Source: Negaprion brevirostris (taxonomy: Eukaryota). From it: 64,000 nt of DNA. The stretch lies in contig JARDVH010000157.1 of the NCBI GenBank assembly GCA_030324005.1, positions 23,688,136 to 23,752,135 on the forward strand. Reading direction: 5' to 3'. How positions within the stretch are numbered: the first letter of the stretch is position 1; each line of letters starts with the position of its first letter. The notes under the pieces are model-generated. The model had not been told where the DNA came from and ran no database searches. It saw nothing but the letters and a program-made list of their open reading frames with translations. Shown here piece after piece: positions 12,306 through 24,424 of the stretch. A program made the position numbers and the translations under genes.

Positions 12306-15300
12306 CGGGAGGGGGAAACCAGCTGTCCTTTATCCGAGAAGCTGTAACTGATGGCAATTAACCACTTTAAAAGAACGTGAAAGAATTGGAGGAAAAATAA
12401 AGACAACGCACTGAAATTGTTTCCACAAACAATCTCAGTTGATCTGCATATTTGGTAAAGTTACCTGGGCCATGTCAAAGGTTAGACATTCCCAGGGTCT
12501 GTAATTGAATGAAGTGCTTGAAGCTCAGTTTTGTGTTTTATCCCGTTGTATTTTTTTTTAGAACTCCATGTTTTCTTTGTAATACTGGCAAATCTTTGAA
12601 TAAGAAGGAGCCTAATGTGTGGTGGTATCTGGGTGGGAATGAAAGATAATTCTGTTTCAGCAAGGAGGATATGATGTGCTTTGTGACAGCTGCTTTATGT
12701 TCTGTCTCTGCTCCATGTTAGTTGATGAGAAAACCTTAGTGTTGGCTTTGGAACAAACGTCCCATGTACCAAAGTTACAGGCTTCAATTATAGCCATAAT
12801 TATTATGCTATAAACCAGCTGGTGTGGTAAACTGACTAAATGTAATAAAGCTAACAAAAGTTGGAAGAACTAAAAGTTCTAAGAGAACTGTAGTCAACAG
12901 AGTGCCACACAGTTAGTCAAATGTAAAAGCATTTTGCTGAATAAAGTCAGTTCATTTGAGAAGTCTGGAAGATGTTACATTGTTGTGACAAGTCAATGTC
13001 TTTTCAGTGGCATCTGATAAAATTGGGAGCAAAACAAAATGGCAATCAAAAGACAAAATTCAGTGTTTAAGGTACATTTTGCTCCAAATCTCCATTTTCA
13101 AATAGACTTTCACCCTTGACCTCCTTCATAAAGCCCACCTTTCCACTTCCAAATAAAAGTAGATAGTGACATCCAAAATTAAATAACTGTTCCACTTTAC
13201 AAGAAAGTATGACTTGTATTATTTTTTCTACCTGGGAGCTTTTGGGTCCCAGTTGGACGGCAATCGCTTTAATATAATCCGCTGCATTATTATCTTTTAA
13301 TTTCCTGCATCTGTTCCTGAAGTGGCTGCTTGTGTTCAAATTGGTTCTACATGTACTGATGACTCGTTATCGCAACCAAAATGCTACTCTGTATCTAAAC
13401 CCAGATTGAGTCTCAGTCTATTCAACTATCAAGACTGTTGCGCTCAGACTTGATCCTGTCCTTTTGCAAAACCTGATCTGCACTTCCCGTTGGGTATGGA
13501 GCCCTAGTCCCTGTTCAATCCCAAATAGTCTCAAATTATTTGTCAATAATGTTCTGCTGCTGCCTTGGCTGGGATTGGCCAGACTTGGATTTCCAAATGA
13601 AATGTGCATCACCACAGGAAAGCCTCCCTCCCCACCCTCCAACTCATTCTTCTGGAAGAATTTATAGGGGTGGGCTGTAGTGTTAGCCCATGATTTATTT
13701 GGTTTATTCTGTGTTCAAAGCTCCAAGAAAATTAACGTGAGTCATGTTAAACTCCTAGTATTTTTGTCAAAATGGTCTCTGTGGATACAAAGCAAGATAT
13801 GCTTTGTCCTTAATCTGGAAAGGTAGCCATTCATTGAATAACTTGTGACAGCGATCAGCATTTGGAGGTATTGTTGCTGTGATTTTGGAAATTCCTGACT
13901 TTTGCATTTCAAGTTGAGCATCAAGTTTCTTTAAAGGTTCTGTTGCAACTGATTTTCCACAAACCTCTGTTCTTTCCCTAACTGATGCCCTGCAATTTAT
14001 TTGATAATTCAGCCATTCCTTCTGTATTAATTTGAGTTATAAGAAATGCAATTTAAGCATTAAAAAAACAAATTTGGTGCCAAATAATCCAAATGATCAT
14101 TTAAATTTAACAAGTGATTTCAAATTAAAAGAATTAAACTGTAGAGTCATTGCATTCCATTGATGTTGATCCTTTTTGGATATCTTCATTTTAGGAGACT
14201 ATTCAGGGTTTGTTTGGCAAAACGTACAGGGCTTCCTTTGCCCTGTAGTACTGTATCCCAGATTTTGATATTATATGTTGCTTGAGTCTTTTGAATGCGT
14301 GGTGACATGCAGATGGATGTCAGGACATATTTGTCTGTTGGCCATCTGCACAGTAGGTAATAGTTGACTGGTGGGCACATAGTTATTCAAGTGACATATT
14401 CTATACTCTGCAAAGTTTCTTGCAAAGATTATGCACAGTTTTGACTTTTAATAAATAAAAAAAACTATTAACTGGTATAGGAAGGAAGGGTTTGTGTTGA
14501 CCACTGAATATTTTAAAGCACATTCATTGTATATTCAAAACAACTTTATGCATGTACCTGAATCCTCGGGTGGGTGGACAGCTTTACTCCTCATTCAAGT
14601 ATGCAGTTTATTGATGGAGAGTACAGTTGTTGTTGTTGTTGGAGTTAAAGATTATGACAGCAGCCTGTGATTATATTAAATTTGAACTTCTGTCACAGTC
14701 CAAAAAATACTGTCAGTAGGTGTTTGCTTCTTTGACTTTGTCTGTAGCACCATGCAGAAGTGAGAAGACTGGGCTTGGTGATGATACAGGTATAATGTTA
14801 TGGCAGAACTGACCCTTCTTTAAGCACCAACTGTTTCTTTAGTTTACATGAGCAACTCACCTATAATTCTGAATAGCTCAGTTTGGTTTTGGTATGAAGA
14901 GCACCTAAGCCTGTTCCGTTTTGTACACTGACGCTAATAATGTTAAAATTTTTTCCCTCGTAATTCACTGAATGGGTGGCTCTCTCGCCCCCACAAGACT
15001 ATTTAAGATATCAATGTTAAATGACAGGCACAATTTGTAATTCTCTGTTCCCTTATTGACGTATCTGTTTGCAGATTTTCATTGCATGATGGAAATACCT
15101 GTTGTCAATCTGGTCTTTCTGGTGTTTGTTTCCTATTCAATTTCCTAATTGAAGGTTAGTGATTGTTTTAATGTAGCTGTTCAACTGGTGTTTTCAGCTG
15201 TGGTCAGAACTCAGCTGGATAGAAATGAGACCTTGGATAGTTGAGTGGTATGATGGCGGTCATCTCTGAAGTTTAATTTCTAGTTTAGTTTATTCCAGAG

Positions 15301-15884
15301 AATGAATATTTTCATTTGAGAGTCTGAAATGTTTGATATATCAACCATTAGGCTTTCAAATAAAGGGATTAGTGCGTTGGATTGTCAATTATTTGTAACT
15401 GGCGAATGGAGTAGATTTTAGTATATTTGAATCGTAAACTTGAGTGATATTCTAGCCTGGCGGCCTTCACTGTTTGTTGAATCTTGCTAATATGCTAAAC
15501 GGTGCCATTCTGGCTCAAAGAGAAATGCCTTCCTATAGTTAAAGATATTGATTGTACAATTTGTACAGCAACCTTCTAACACCATACCCTAGCGTTTATT
15601 CATGTGTGTAGCAAGGGAATGTAGGCTAATCAAACAAATGGAGCATTGTAATCGCTCTGATCCTATCGTACCTGAATGTTCACATTTGGACACTTTCCAG
15701 CAGGCGTCATTTGATAGCAATCGGAGTTGATTGAAACCTAAAAAAAAAATTCTTGTCCTCAACAGCAAATGCTAGCGGTAATGATTCCTGGTCTTTGCTG
15801 AGTGTCTAGTCGTTTGGTGACCTTACAGCTATGGATAGGGCACACAAGTGACCCCAGTTCTTCCCTGATACAGGTTCTAATGCT

Positions 15885-15924
15885 GAATTTTATTTAGATG
15901 AAATTTTATTTAGATGAAATTTTA
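15885..15924 (+). repeat. 16-bp tandem duplication (aaattttatttagatg, about 2.5 copies)
   Basis: Read directly from the sequence. Confidence 0.85.
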
Positions 15925-16479
15925 ATAGTTCATGACGCATTTAACATCACCATTCTGTGCAATAGGTAGTTATCACACAAGATGAATTGAGTTCAAGTTT
16001 TGTCAATATGATCTGAACATGTTATTATATGCGGTTCAGTCCTAATGATCTTTAATGCTTAAAACATCTGCGTAGATATTTTATTTGTTTATTTGAATCT
16101 TGAGATTATTAGAAATAATTATAGGTTATTAAACTCATTATGGCTGGGGGATGGGAAGGACTCGGAAATTTGTCTAGGCCTTGTGTTGTGATACTGTGAT
16201 TCACCACCTGTTAACTACAGTAATTCACTTGCAAAACAATTCAGATAAGGAATTGCAATTTTTATAGCCTGATTACCTAATAAAAGAACTTTCATTTATA
16301 TGACAGCTTTTATTCCTGCATAACATCTGCCGAGCCAGCAAAGCACTTTTCAAGCACTGTGTAGACTAGGGGGAAACCCATGACTTCTGACTTTGAGACT
16401 TCCATCAACTGAGCCAAGACTGACATGTATTTAAAGCTTTGTGGAGTAATTTATTTAATAGTTTGTTATACAAATTATG

Positions 16480-16840
16480 GGAGAAGCAAGAGGGGAGTAG
16501 CATACAAACCAGAATTTTCCAGGCTCAATCTCTAATCTGTCGTGAGTTAATCACAAGTTATACAATTTATTTCAGTGACCTATGGCTGGGTGGGGTGAAT
16601 CCAAAGTCATTCAGGGTTCTTCCTAATTGCTATCTATGACGTCTGCTCACTGTCTCTATATATAGATGCTAAGTGAGGACAGAATTGATTTCTGCGGTGA
16701 TGCCACCCTGTAGTTGAATAACCTGTCANNNNNNNNNNAGTTCACAAACGAACGTGCGCCAGGGGACCTGCTGAACACTACAGGAACACTAATCCATGCA
16801 TCAGCATTAACCTTTGGGAAAAAAGGAGGAAAAAATATTT
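16480..16840 (+). mobile_element. Ancient SINE-like dispersed repeat (unnamed; similar copies near 10530-10850, 47760-48035, 50120-50370, 53020-53200 and, reversed, 15560-15880)
   Basis: Shared degenerate blocks cagggttc(t/c)t..taattgc, gtgaggacag.at, gtgatgcc...gttgaata.cctgc and a purine-rich end gagga..gaaaat. Confidence 0.45.
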
Positions 16841-17584
16841 CTTGCGTTTCATTTCCATCTGGTAACTGAGACAGCAGACAGATAGGATTGTATCATTGTG
16901 ACATCAGGTATTGCTGTTCTACACTGGCCATTAAAAGATGAGCAAGTTGCACACCTTCCAGTATAACTACAGTGCTAATTCTAAGGAACTGGTCACAGCT
17001 TGTTGCTGCCATTATTGGGAGGTTTTAAAAGGAACTATATGTAAGTATCCAGCAGTTGGACTCCAGGCGAGGAGTGTCAACATGTCAGCAATGCATAGTA
17101 TTCTCATTCTCTTTTACTCTGGGGGAGTTTTGAATGCACATAAAGGTAAAGAAAACATCCCAAGGCTGCCATACTTCATTATACCTGGTCCACTGTTAAG
17201 CTAGAAAACATTTCTAAGACTCAGTCTGAACTTGTTTCTTATTTGCTCACCTATGATTTTTGTTAGTTTCAGAATGGCTGGGTGGCGTGCCATCCAGAAA
17301 TCTGCAAATTCCCTCTGCATTGAGTTGCAAGTATTAAAAAATGAATCCAAGGCAACTTGCGTGTCATACGCCAGTGAAGTATGTAAAGGATTTTGAAGAC
17401 CTGTTGCCAGGACTGGATAATGCTATGTTTACTTTTATGAAGCTGCAAGTAATGAATGTGCATGGGATTTGGGAGAATATCTTGTGACTGATTGGTAGAA
17501 ATAGTTTCTTAGGAATTCTTGCCGCTTTATGGGATGGATCTGGCTTAAACCTTCAGCATCCAGATTTTTAAAGCTATTTTCATA

Positions 17585-18100
17585 ATTACACAGTACAATA
17601 GAGGCACTTTGGCCCATGGGGACCGCACTGACAAAACTACACTAATCCCACTTTCCAGCACTCGGCCAATAGCCTGAATGTTATGACATTTCAAGTGCTC
17701 GTCCACATACTTTTTAAAGGGTCTCGGTTTTCCACCTCTACTATCTTGCCAGACAGTGCATGCCAGGTTCCCACTACCCTTTTAAATCTCCTGCTCCTCA
17801 CCTTAAAATTATGTCTCCTCATTACTGATCTTTCAACTAAGGGGAACAGCTGCTGTCTATCCACCCTACCCATATCCCTCATAATGTTTACATTTCCTAT
17901 AGATCCCCCCTCAATCTTCTCTGCTCTAAAGAAAGCAACTGAAGCCTTTTGATCTTTTCTTCATAAGTGCTCATCCCAGGCAACATCCTGAGTTTCCTCT
18001 GCAACCTCTCCTTTGCAGTGACATCCTTCCTATAAACAGACAACCAGAACTGCACACAGTACTTCAGTTGTAGCCAAACCAAAGTTTTGTACATCTTTGA
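17585..18100 (-). mobile_element. CR1 LINE 3' fragment (probably resumes at about 19261-19420)
   Basis: Minus ORFs MYKTLVWLQLKYCVQFW and VDRQQLFPLVERSVMRRHNFKV. Confidence 0.85.
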
Positions 18101-18870
18101 TTTCATTCATTCTTGTTACATGTACTGGGGTACAGTGAACAGTATTGTTTCTTGCATGCTATTCGAACTAAAATATTGTTCATTGGGTACATAGGAGAGA
18201 AGGAAATGAGAGGGTGCAGAATGTAGAGTTACAGTCATAGCTAGAATGTAGAAAAAGTTGAACTTAATATAAAGTCGGTCCATTCAAAAATCTGATGGCT
18301 GGAAGAAACTGTTCTTGAGTAAGCTGGTACATTGTTCTCAGACCTTAGTATCTTTTTTCCGATGGAAGAGAGTATCTCCGGGGTATGTGGGGTCCTTGAT
18401 TGTGCTGACTGCTTTTCTGAGGCAGTAGCAAGTGTACATGGAGTGAATGCGTGGGATGCTGGTTTGCGTGATGGACTGGGCTACGTTCACAATCCTTTGT
18501 AGTTTCTTGCCATCTTGATCGGAGCAGGAGCCATATCAAGCTGTAATACATCTGGAAAGGATGCTTTCTATGATGCATCAGTAAAAATTGGTGAGAGCTA
18601 TAGCAGACACACCAAATTTCTTTACCACCTGAGAAAGTAGAGGCATTGGTGGGCTTTCTTAACTATAGCGTCTGTGTGGAGGGACGAGAGCAGGTTGTTG
18701 GTTGTCTGGACACACAGAAACTTGAAGCCCTCAACTACTTGCACTTCATCACTATCGATGTAGATAGGGGCATGCCCTGCATAACGCTTCCAGAAGTTGA
18801 TGACTATCTCCCTTGCTTTACTGACACTGAGGGAGGGATTGTTGTTGTCGCAACATCTCTAACATATCCT
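18100..18870 (-). mobile_element. Rex1/Babar-clade LINE 3' fragment
   Basis: Minus frame reads CIIESILSRCITA*YGSCSDQDGKKLQRIVNVAQSITQTS...IKDPT, the DUF1891-type C-terminus. Upstream VEVVESFKFL motif. Tail ttcactgtaccccagtacatgtaacaa followed by gaat-type repeats. Confidence 0.8.
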
Positions 18871-18882
18871 CCATGTTCTTAC

Positions 18883-19260
18883 CTATGATGTGGAGATACC
18901 AGTGTTGGACTGGGGTGGGCACAGTAAGAAGTCTCAACACCAGGTTAAAGTCCANNNNNNNNNNNNNNNNNNNNNNNNNNNNNNNNNNNNNNNNNNNNNN
19001 NNNNNNNNNNNNNNNNNNNNNNNNNNNNNNNNNNNNNNNNNNNNNNNNNNNNNNCTTACCTATGATGTGGAGATACCAGTGTTGGACTGGGGTGGGCACA
19101 GTAAGAAGTCTCAACACCAGGTTAAAGTCCAGCATGTTTATTTGGAATCACGAGCTTTCGGAGCACTTTTCCTTCATTTGGTGATTGATGCAGGAGCAGC
19201 GTTTCGAAAGCTCGTGGTTCTGGATAAACCTGTTAGACTTTAACCTGATGTTGTGAAACT
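18883..19260. mobile_element. Penelope-type palindrome family B with hammerhead-like motifs
   Basis: Arms caacaccaggttaaagtccagcatgtttatttggaatcacgagctttcg and cgaaagctcgtggttctggataaacctgttagactttaacctgatgttg, centred at about 19184. Confidence 0.8.
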
Positions 19261-19614
19261 AAGGCAAGTGGCCTGTATGCCTTCTTAACTGTGCTGGCAC
19301 CTTCAGGAGCCTTTGGACAGGCATCGAGTATTCATCTGAGCCATTCATTGGGTATTCTGTTATTTTATTGCTGCTTCCAAAGCACATCACCCCTGACACT
19401 TGTGTGCCATGAAAGTTACTCACTAGTTGTCAGCTTAAGCCTGGATGTTTTCTGAGTGCTGTCGCATGCAAGCACAGATTCCATATCTGACGAGTTGAGA
19501 ATCATACTGAACAGCAAACTACTGTATGGGCGGGCTGTGCACATGCTTCCTTCTCCAAATGTTTGCCTACACAAGCGTGGAAATTTAAGAAATGCAAAAA
19601 GAGCTGCCATAGAA

Positions 19615-19875
19615 GTAAAATGACAATTTTAAAATTGAGGAGAAATTTCTTTGCAGAGGTTGTAAATCTTTAGAATTCTTTACTGCAGAGGGGTGGGGAA
19701 GCTCAGTCATTGAGTATGTTTAAAGGAGCGATTGAAAGATTTCTGATTAACAGTAACATAAAGGATTATGGGGATATTGGATGTAAGAGGCAATGAAGTG
19801 TCTGATCAGTCATGATTGTATTAAATAGTGGAGCAGGTTCGGTGGGTTGAATGGCCTATTCCTGTTCCTATGTTC
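19615..19875 (+). mobile_element. CR1 3' end
   Basis: gaggagaaatttcttt...gatcagtcatgat...gaatggcctattcctgttcctatgttc. Confidence 0.85.
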
Positions 19876-20379
19876 AAAAAAAATGGAGGAAATATGTGAT
19901 GGATGTGGCAGCATCTTTGGAGAATGAAACAGTTAATGTAAAATGACGGATTTCTTGGTACACAACTTTATGTAAATTGAGACAATGCTGTCAAGATATA
20001 TGCAGATTTTCTCCCCATAAAGAGCAAGGCTTTACTTGGTGCTTTGGGGCTTTGCTTGGAAGCATGGCCTTTATATCTGGTTTTTGTTTTGTTCCTGACT
20101 TCTGATCATGCTTCTCTAGTCCAGTTTTGCTTCCTCCACTACTTGTGTTGAAGACCTACATATAACCAAACTTCTCTGTGCTTCCTCTTGCAAGAGCTCC
20201 ATTCTTTTTGGAGTGAAATGGGTTATGAACTGTATTGCGTTGGCATTGTTTTACATTTTTAGTTGAGATTTGTGCTGTTTTAAGGTGAAAGATTTAATGA
20301 GGAACTTTTAATTTTACACCTGGTCTCAGCATTGAAGTGCTTGTAGTCTGGTATTTTACAAGTTGATGCTTGGAATGTT

Positions 20380-20785
20380 GGAGATTGGACAAACTGGGCC
20401 TCTATCCTCCAGAGTGTTAAAGAATGAAAAGTGATCTAATTGAAACCACTAAATAATTGACAGTGTAGATTCAGGCAAATGCTTCCCTTGGTTGGGGAGT
20501 TTCGAGCCGGGGGCACAATTTCAAAATAAGGTGGATGCCACTTATGACTAAGATGAGGAGAAATACCTTTACAGAAGGTTGTGAATCTTTGGATTCAGAG
20601 GGATGGGGAAACTCAGTCATTGAGTATGTTTAAAGAAGAGATTGATAGATTTCTGATTAACAATAATGTTAAGGGTTATGGGGATTGTGGATGTAAAAGG
20701 CAGTGAAGTGTCTGATCAGCCATGATCGTACTAAATAGTGGAGCAGGATCGATGGGCTGAACGGCCTACTCCTGTTCCTATGTTC
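20380..20785 (+). mobile_element. CR1 3' end
   Basis: gatgaggagaaatacc...gatcagccatgatc...ggcctactcctgttcctatgttc. Confidence 0.85.
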
Positions 20786-20786
20786 A

Positions 20787-20955
20787 AAACAAACCAAAAT
20801 GGTGGAAATAGTCAGTAGATGTGATGGCACCTTTGGAGAATGAAACCGAGTTAATGTTTCAGGTTGCTGTTCTTTCAAATCAGTGAAACAGTAACCTTTT
20901 CTCGCTCCACTGATGCTGCCTGACCTACTAATTATTTCCAATGTTTTCTATTTAA
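20787..20955. repeat. Penelope-type palindrome family A
   Basis: aaaatggtggaaatagtcag...gagttaatgtttcagg versus gatgctgcctgacctac...tatttccaatgttttct. Confidence 0.65.
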
Positions 20956-23126
20956 ATATTAAGTTCAGTCTACTTCACCAATTTTTGAAGAAATGTTCCT
21001 ATTGCACAAGCGTGCCTTTTTCCACTTCATTAGCATGTCCCCTGTGAAGTTGGTGCCTATGATAAGCTGGGTTGGAACTGCCTCAATTCGATCCACAGAG
21101 AGAGTTTTCTGTTCAGTGTGCCTCATTCTTTTAGCCTGTGCTGGATTAAAACCAGAAATAAAAATCCACTGTTTAATCTGCTGTATCGCATGGTACCTCT
21201 GCTGATGTCTTTAATCACCAGTTCACTGAAATAAACATTTCAGATGTGAACTGTCCTGTCATTTTGTAAAATTCATTAAAATCATGCTGAAAGCTATCTG
21301 ACTATTGAGTTGTCTGCTTGTCAATGAGATATGAAAGATAGAACTCAGACAGCTTGCAAACTCACAAGATGACTTAATAACTCAAAGCTTTGACTTATTT
21401 TCAAAATTTTGGTAAAAGAGAGAGAAAAGAGTTGTCTCTGTGAAAAATAAAATAAAATGCATCTGCGGTCAGTATGTTTTAATCATTTTATGGGTTGGAG
21501 GGAAATAATGTAAATATTTGTCTTGGAGAAGTCCATTCTTCACCACAACAAAACCTGCAACCCATCATCTCACTGCCATCTACTGGCTCCCATCATTCAG
21601 TTAATTGATAAGATGTTCCATAGCCTTGATGCCCTTCTATGGATCCATACCATTATCTTCATGGATATTCCCTTGGACACCTTGTTCCGGTTATCTTTGC
21701 TGTACTGCACTCACCTCCTGCTGCCTCTCAAACCTCAGGGACTCTCTTTCCAGTATTTCTGCCTTTAGAAGTTCCCTTGTTAACCTTTTCTTTATCCCCC
21801 TGCCCCCCTCTTTTCTTTACCCCAACTTGCTTGATGAATTCTATTTATCCACTCATCCTGTGCAGTAGTTAGATATGTCTCTTTGCGCATATATGTTCTA
21901 GAGAGCTATGTTCTTTTAAGCCTACTTACCTCTTGGTCTAGACATGCCAGTTGTTAGCTGAGGAATGTTCTAGCCGGCATCTGGCAATCCAGCGTCCAGG
22001 GCTTGTTTTGTAATTCTGGTATATTTGCTTTGCAGGCTCTAACCCAGTTAGTTTGGGAGAGGAGATTTGCTGTCAACTTGTAAAGTTATTACTGAAGTCT
22101 TAATGTCTGAACAAAATTAAGTTTCAGCCCTGCTTGCAATGCAGTGCAGTATTCATTTTGCAGTGTCTTAAATATTTATACCCAGACTCCATTCAGCTGG
22201 CTGTTCGTTGTGTTCGTATGTGTTGCTGTCACACAGACAACTTGGATGTACTATGAAAAAAGCCTGTAGGTTGTGATGCAGAAGGATTCACATATATTCT
22301 GGCAGCAAATAAGCTGAAATGTATGATTTGCAGATGAAGTATTTTCACTGTCAACCCTCTATTGAAGTTACTGCCTCTTGCTGATTTCTGATTCCTTGGA
22401 TCCCACAGCCTATGGGTAACTTATCTTTGTCTGTGTTAACCCAAGCGATAACTGTTGGTTTGTTTTTTGACTGTGTGGAGAGCAAATCAAAGCTAAGGCT
22501 GATCCTATTTTTGCTGGTTTGCTTTTCTGCTGTTTGTCTGGATCAGAACAGTTAGCACAGTAAATCGTACCCATGACTTCCTGGCCTGTGTGACTCTGTA
22601 GCATACCAATTAGGACACTTGCCCACACAATTATCAGGGGAGCCCCAGAAGATTGTTAAACCAATTTACTGGCAATAGTTCTGTTTAATTTTGCATCAGT
22701 GTGATTTTTGTTTGTAATTGTATGCTGGGTTTTGTTGGCTTTGTTTTGGGTCTGTCCATTAATCAGCATGTGCCCTTTGTATTGGCATCTTTGCAGCAAC
22801 AGTAATGAGCCCTAGGTCATGCAGGTAACAAGATTTATCATGCTGTAAGTAGTAACTGCCCTAATTGACTTCAAATTTTTTCCCTATTCCACGTTAGTAA
22901 TTTGTTTTGTAATTATTGCCTCAAGATGCAGGTAGTTATAGTAATGCTGAACCTGGTCAGAAGAAAAATGCTTCTGGTCTTTTTGATGCATCTTACAGAC
23001 AAAGTGACTGTAGTATTGTTCTTAGTAGAATTTTGTTCAAAGATGATTTGGTGTGCAAAAACTTTCACGTTGCATCCCCTTGAACTGCAGAAAGTGTCCA
23101 TAATGCTAGAAGTGCTATAGTGTTGA

Positions 23127-23388
23127 TCATAGAATCCTACAGTGCTGAAGGAGGCCACTCTGCCCATCAGGGCTGCACCAAAAACAATCCCATCCAGGCC
23201 CTATTCCCATAACCCTATGCATTTACCCTCGCTAGACCCCAACACGAAGGGGCAATTTAGCATGGCCAATCCATCTAACCAGCACATCTTTGGAGAATGG
23301 GAGGGAGCCGAAGCACCTGGAGGAAACCCACGCAGACATGGGGAGAATGTGCAAAGTTCACACAGACAGTGACCCCAAGCCGGGAATC
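23127..23388 (-). mobile_element. HE1 V-SINE, CR1-type tail A, 5' truncated
   Basis: V-domain (ggaggaaacccacgcagacatggggagaatgtgcaaa on + strand) and tail catagaatcctacagtgc. Confidence 0.9.
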
Positions 23389-23889
23389 ATGGTTCCTTCT
23401 GCCCACGGAAAGCGCCTAAGGTGAGAAAAGAGATTAGAGGGAGAAAAGAAAGTAAGAACGACACATTTTGAAAGATAATGGATCGCTTTGATCGACCAGA
23501 CTACCCAGCGGCTAGTAGCCAAGCTACAGAGAGAGGATGGGTGGGAGATTAGCAGACACGCAGTCCGGACAAAAGAGTAGGAAAAGCAGGAAATAACAAG
23601 TTAAGCAGCAATGTGCCAGGAACGCCATCCTCTTAAAGTTCCTCTCAGAGTCACACACCATCCTAACAACCATTGTCATTGGCTCAGGAATCCCCTCCCC
23701 TCCTGGAACGCACTGACTGAACATCACTGTGTGAGTGCAGTCCACTCTCACATCTCCTTCTCAGACCAACAAACCAGGCCTCGTCCAAACCTCCCACATC
23801 CTGACGATAACTAAAAATAAAATGTCTGTGTGATTCAGGAGAAAAAAAGAGCTGGAATTTCTGCAGTGGGATTGCGGGAAAAGTAATCT

Positions 23890-24168
23890 GGGCAGCACGG
23901 TAGCACAGTGGTTAACACTGCTACTTCTCAGCTCCAGGGACCCGGGTTCGATTCCCGGCTCGGGTCACTGTCTGTGTGGGGTCTGCACATTCTCCCCGTC
24001 TCGGTGTGGGCTTCCTCCGGGTGCTCCAGTTTCCTCCCACAGTCCTGAAGGCGTGCTGGTTAGGTGCTAAATTCTCCCCGAACCGGAGTGTAGGGGTGTG
24101 TTTTCACAGTAACTTCATTGCGGTGTTAATGTAAACCTACTTGTGACGCTAATAAATAAACTTTAAAA
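23890..24168 (+). mobile_element. HE1-like V-SINE, tail type B
   Basis: A box tagcacagtgg, B box ggttcgattcc, V-domain, tail ttttcacagtaac...tacttgtgacgctaataaataaacttt. Confidence 0.9.
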
Positions 24169-24424
24169 GATCTTTTGCTTCTTATTCCAGTACCAGCGTT
24201 GCAGTTTTGGCAGCAGTTGCTAAGAGGGTGAAATCTGTAAGGATAGCAGCAAGGTTTATTTGCAGAAAGACAAAGTCACAGCATGAAACCAACCAAGAAA
24301 TAGAAACAAATATCCAAATTTCTGCATTTTTAACGATTCGCTCACATTCTGACCTGTCATTTCACTGCTCCCAGCAAAATATTGCTTCTTCAGGGATGGA
24401 GACAGAGTAAAGTCCTTCAGTATG

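Noticed and set aside
23890-23965. tRNA genes suggested by A/B boxes
   Set aside because: All run directly into SINE bodies, so they are SINE heads.
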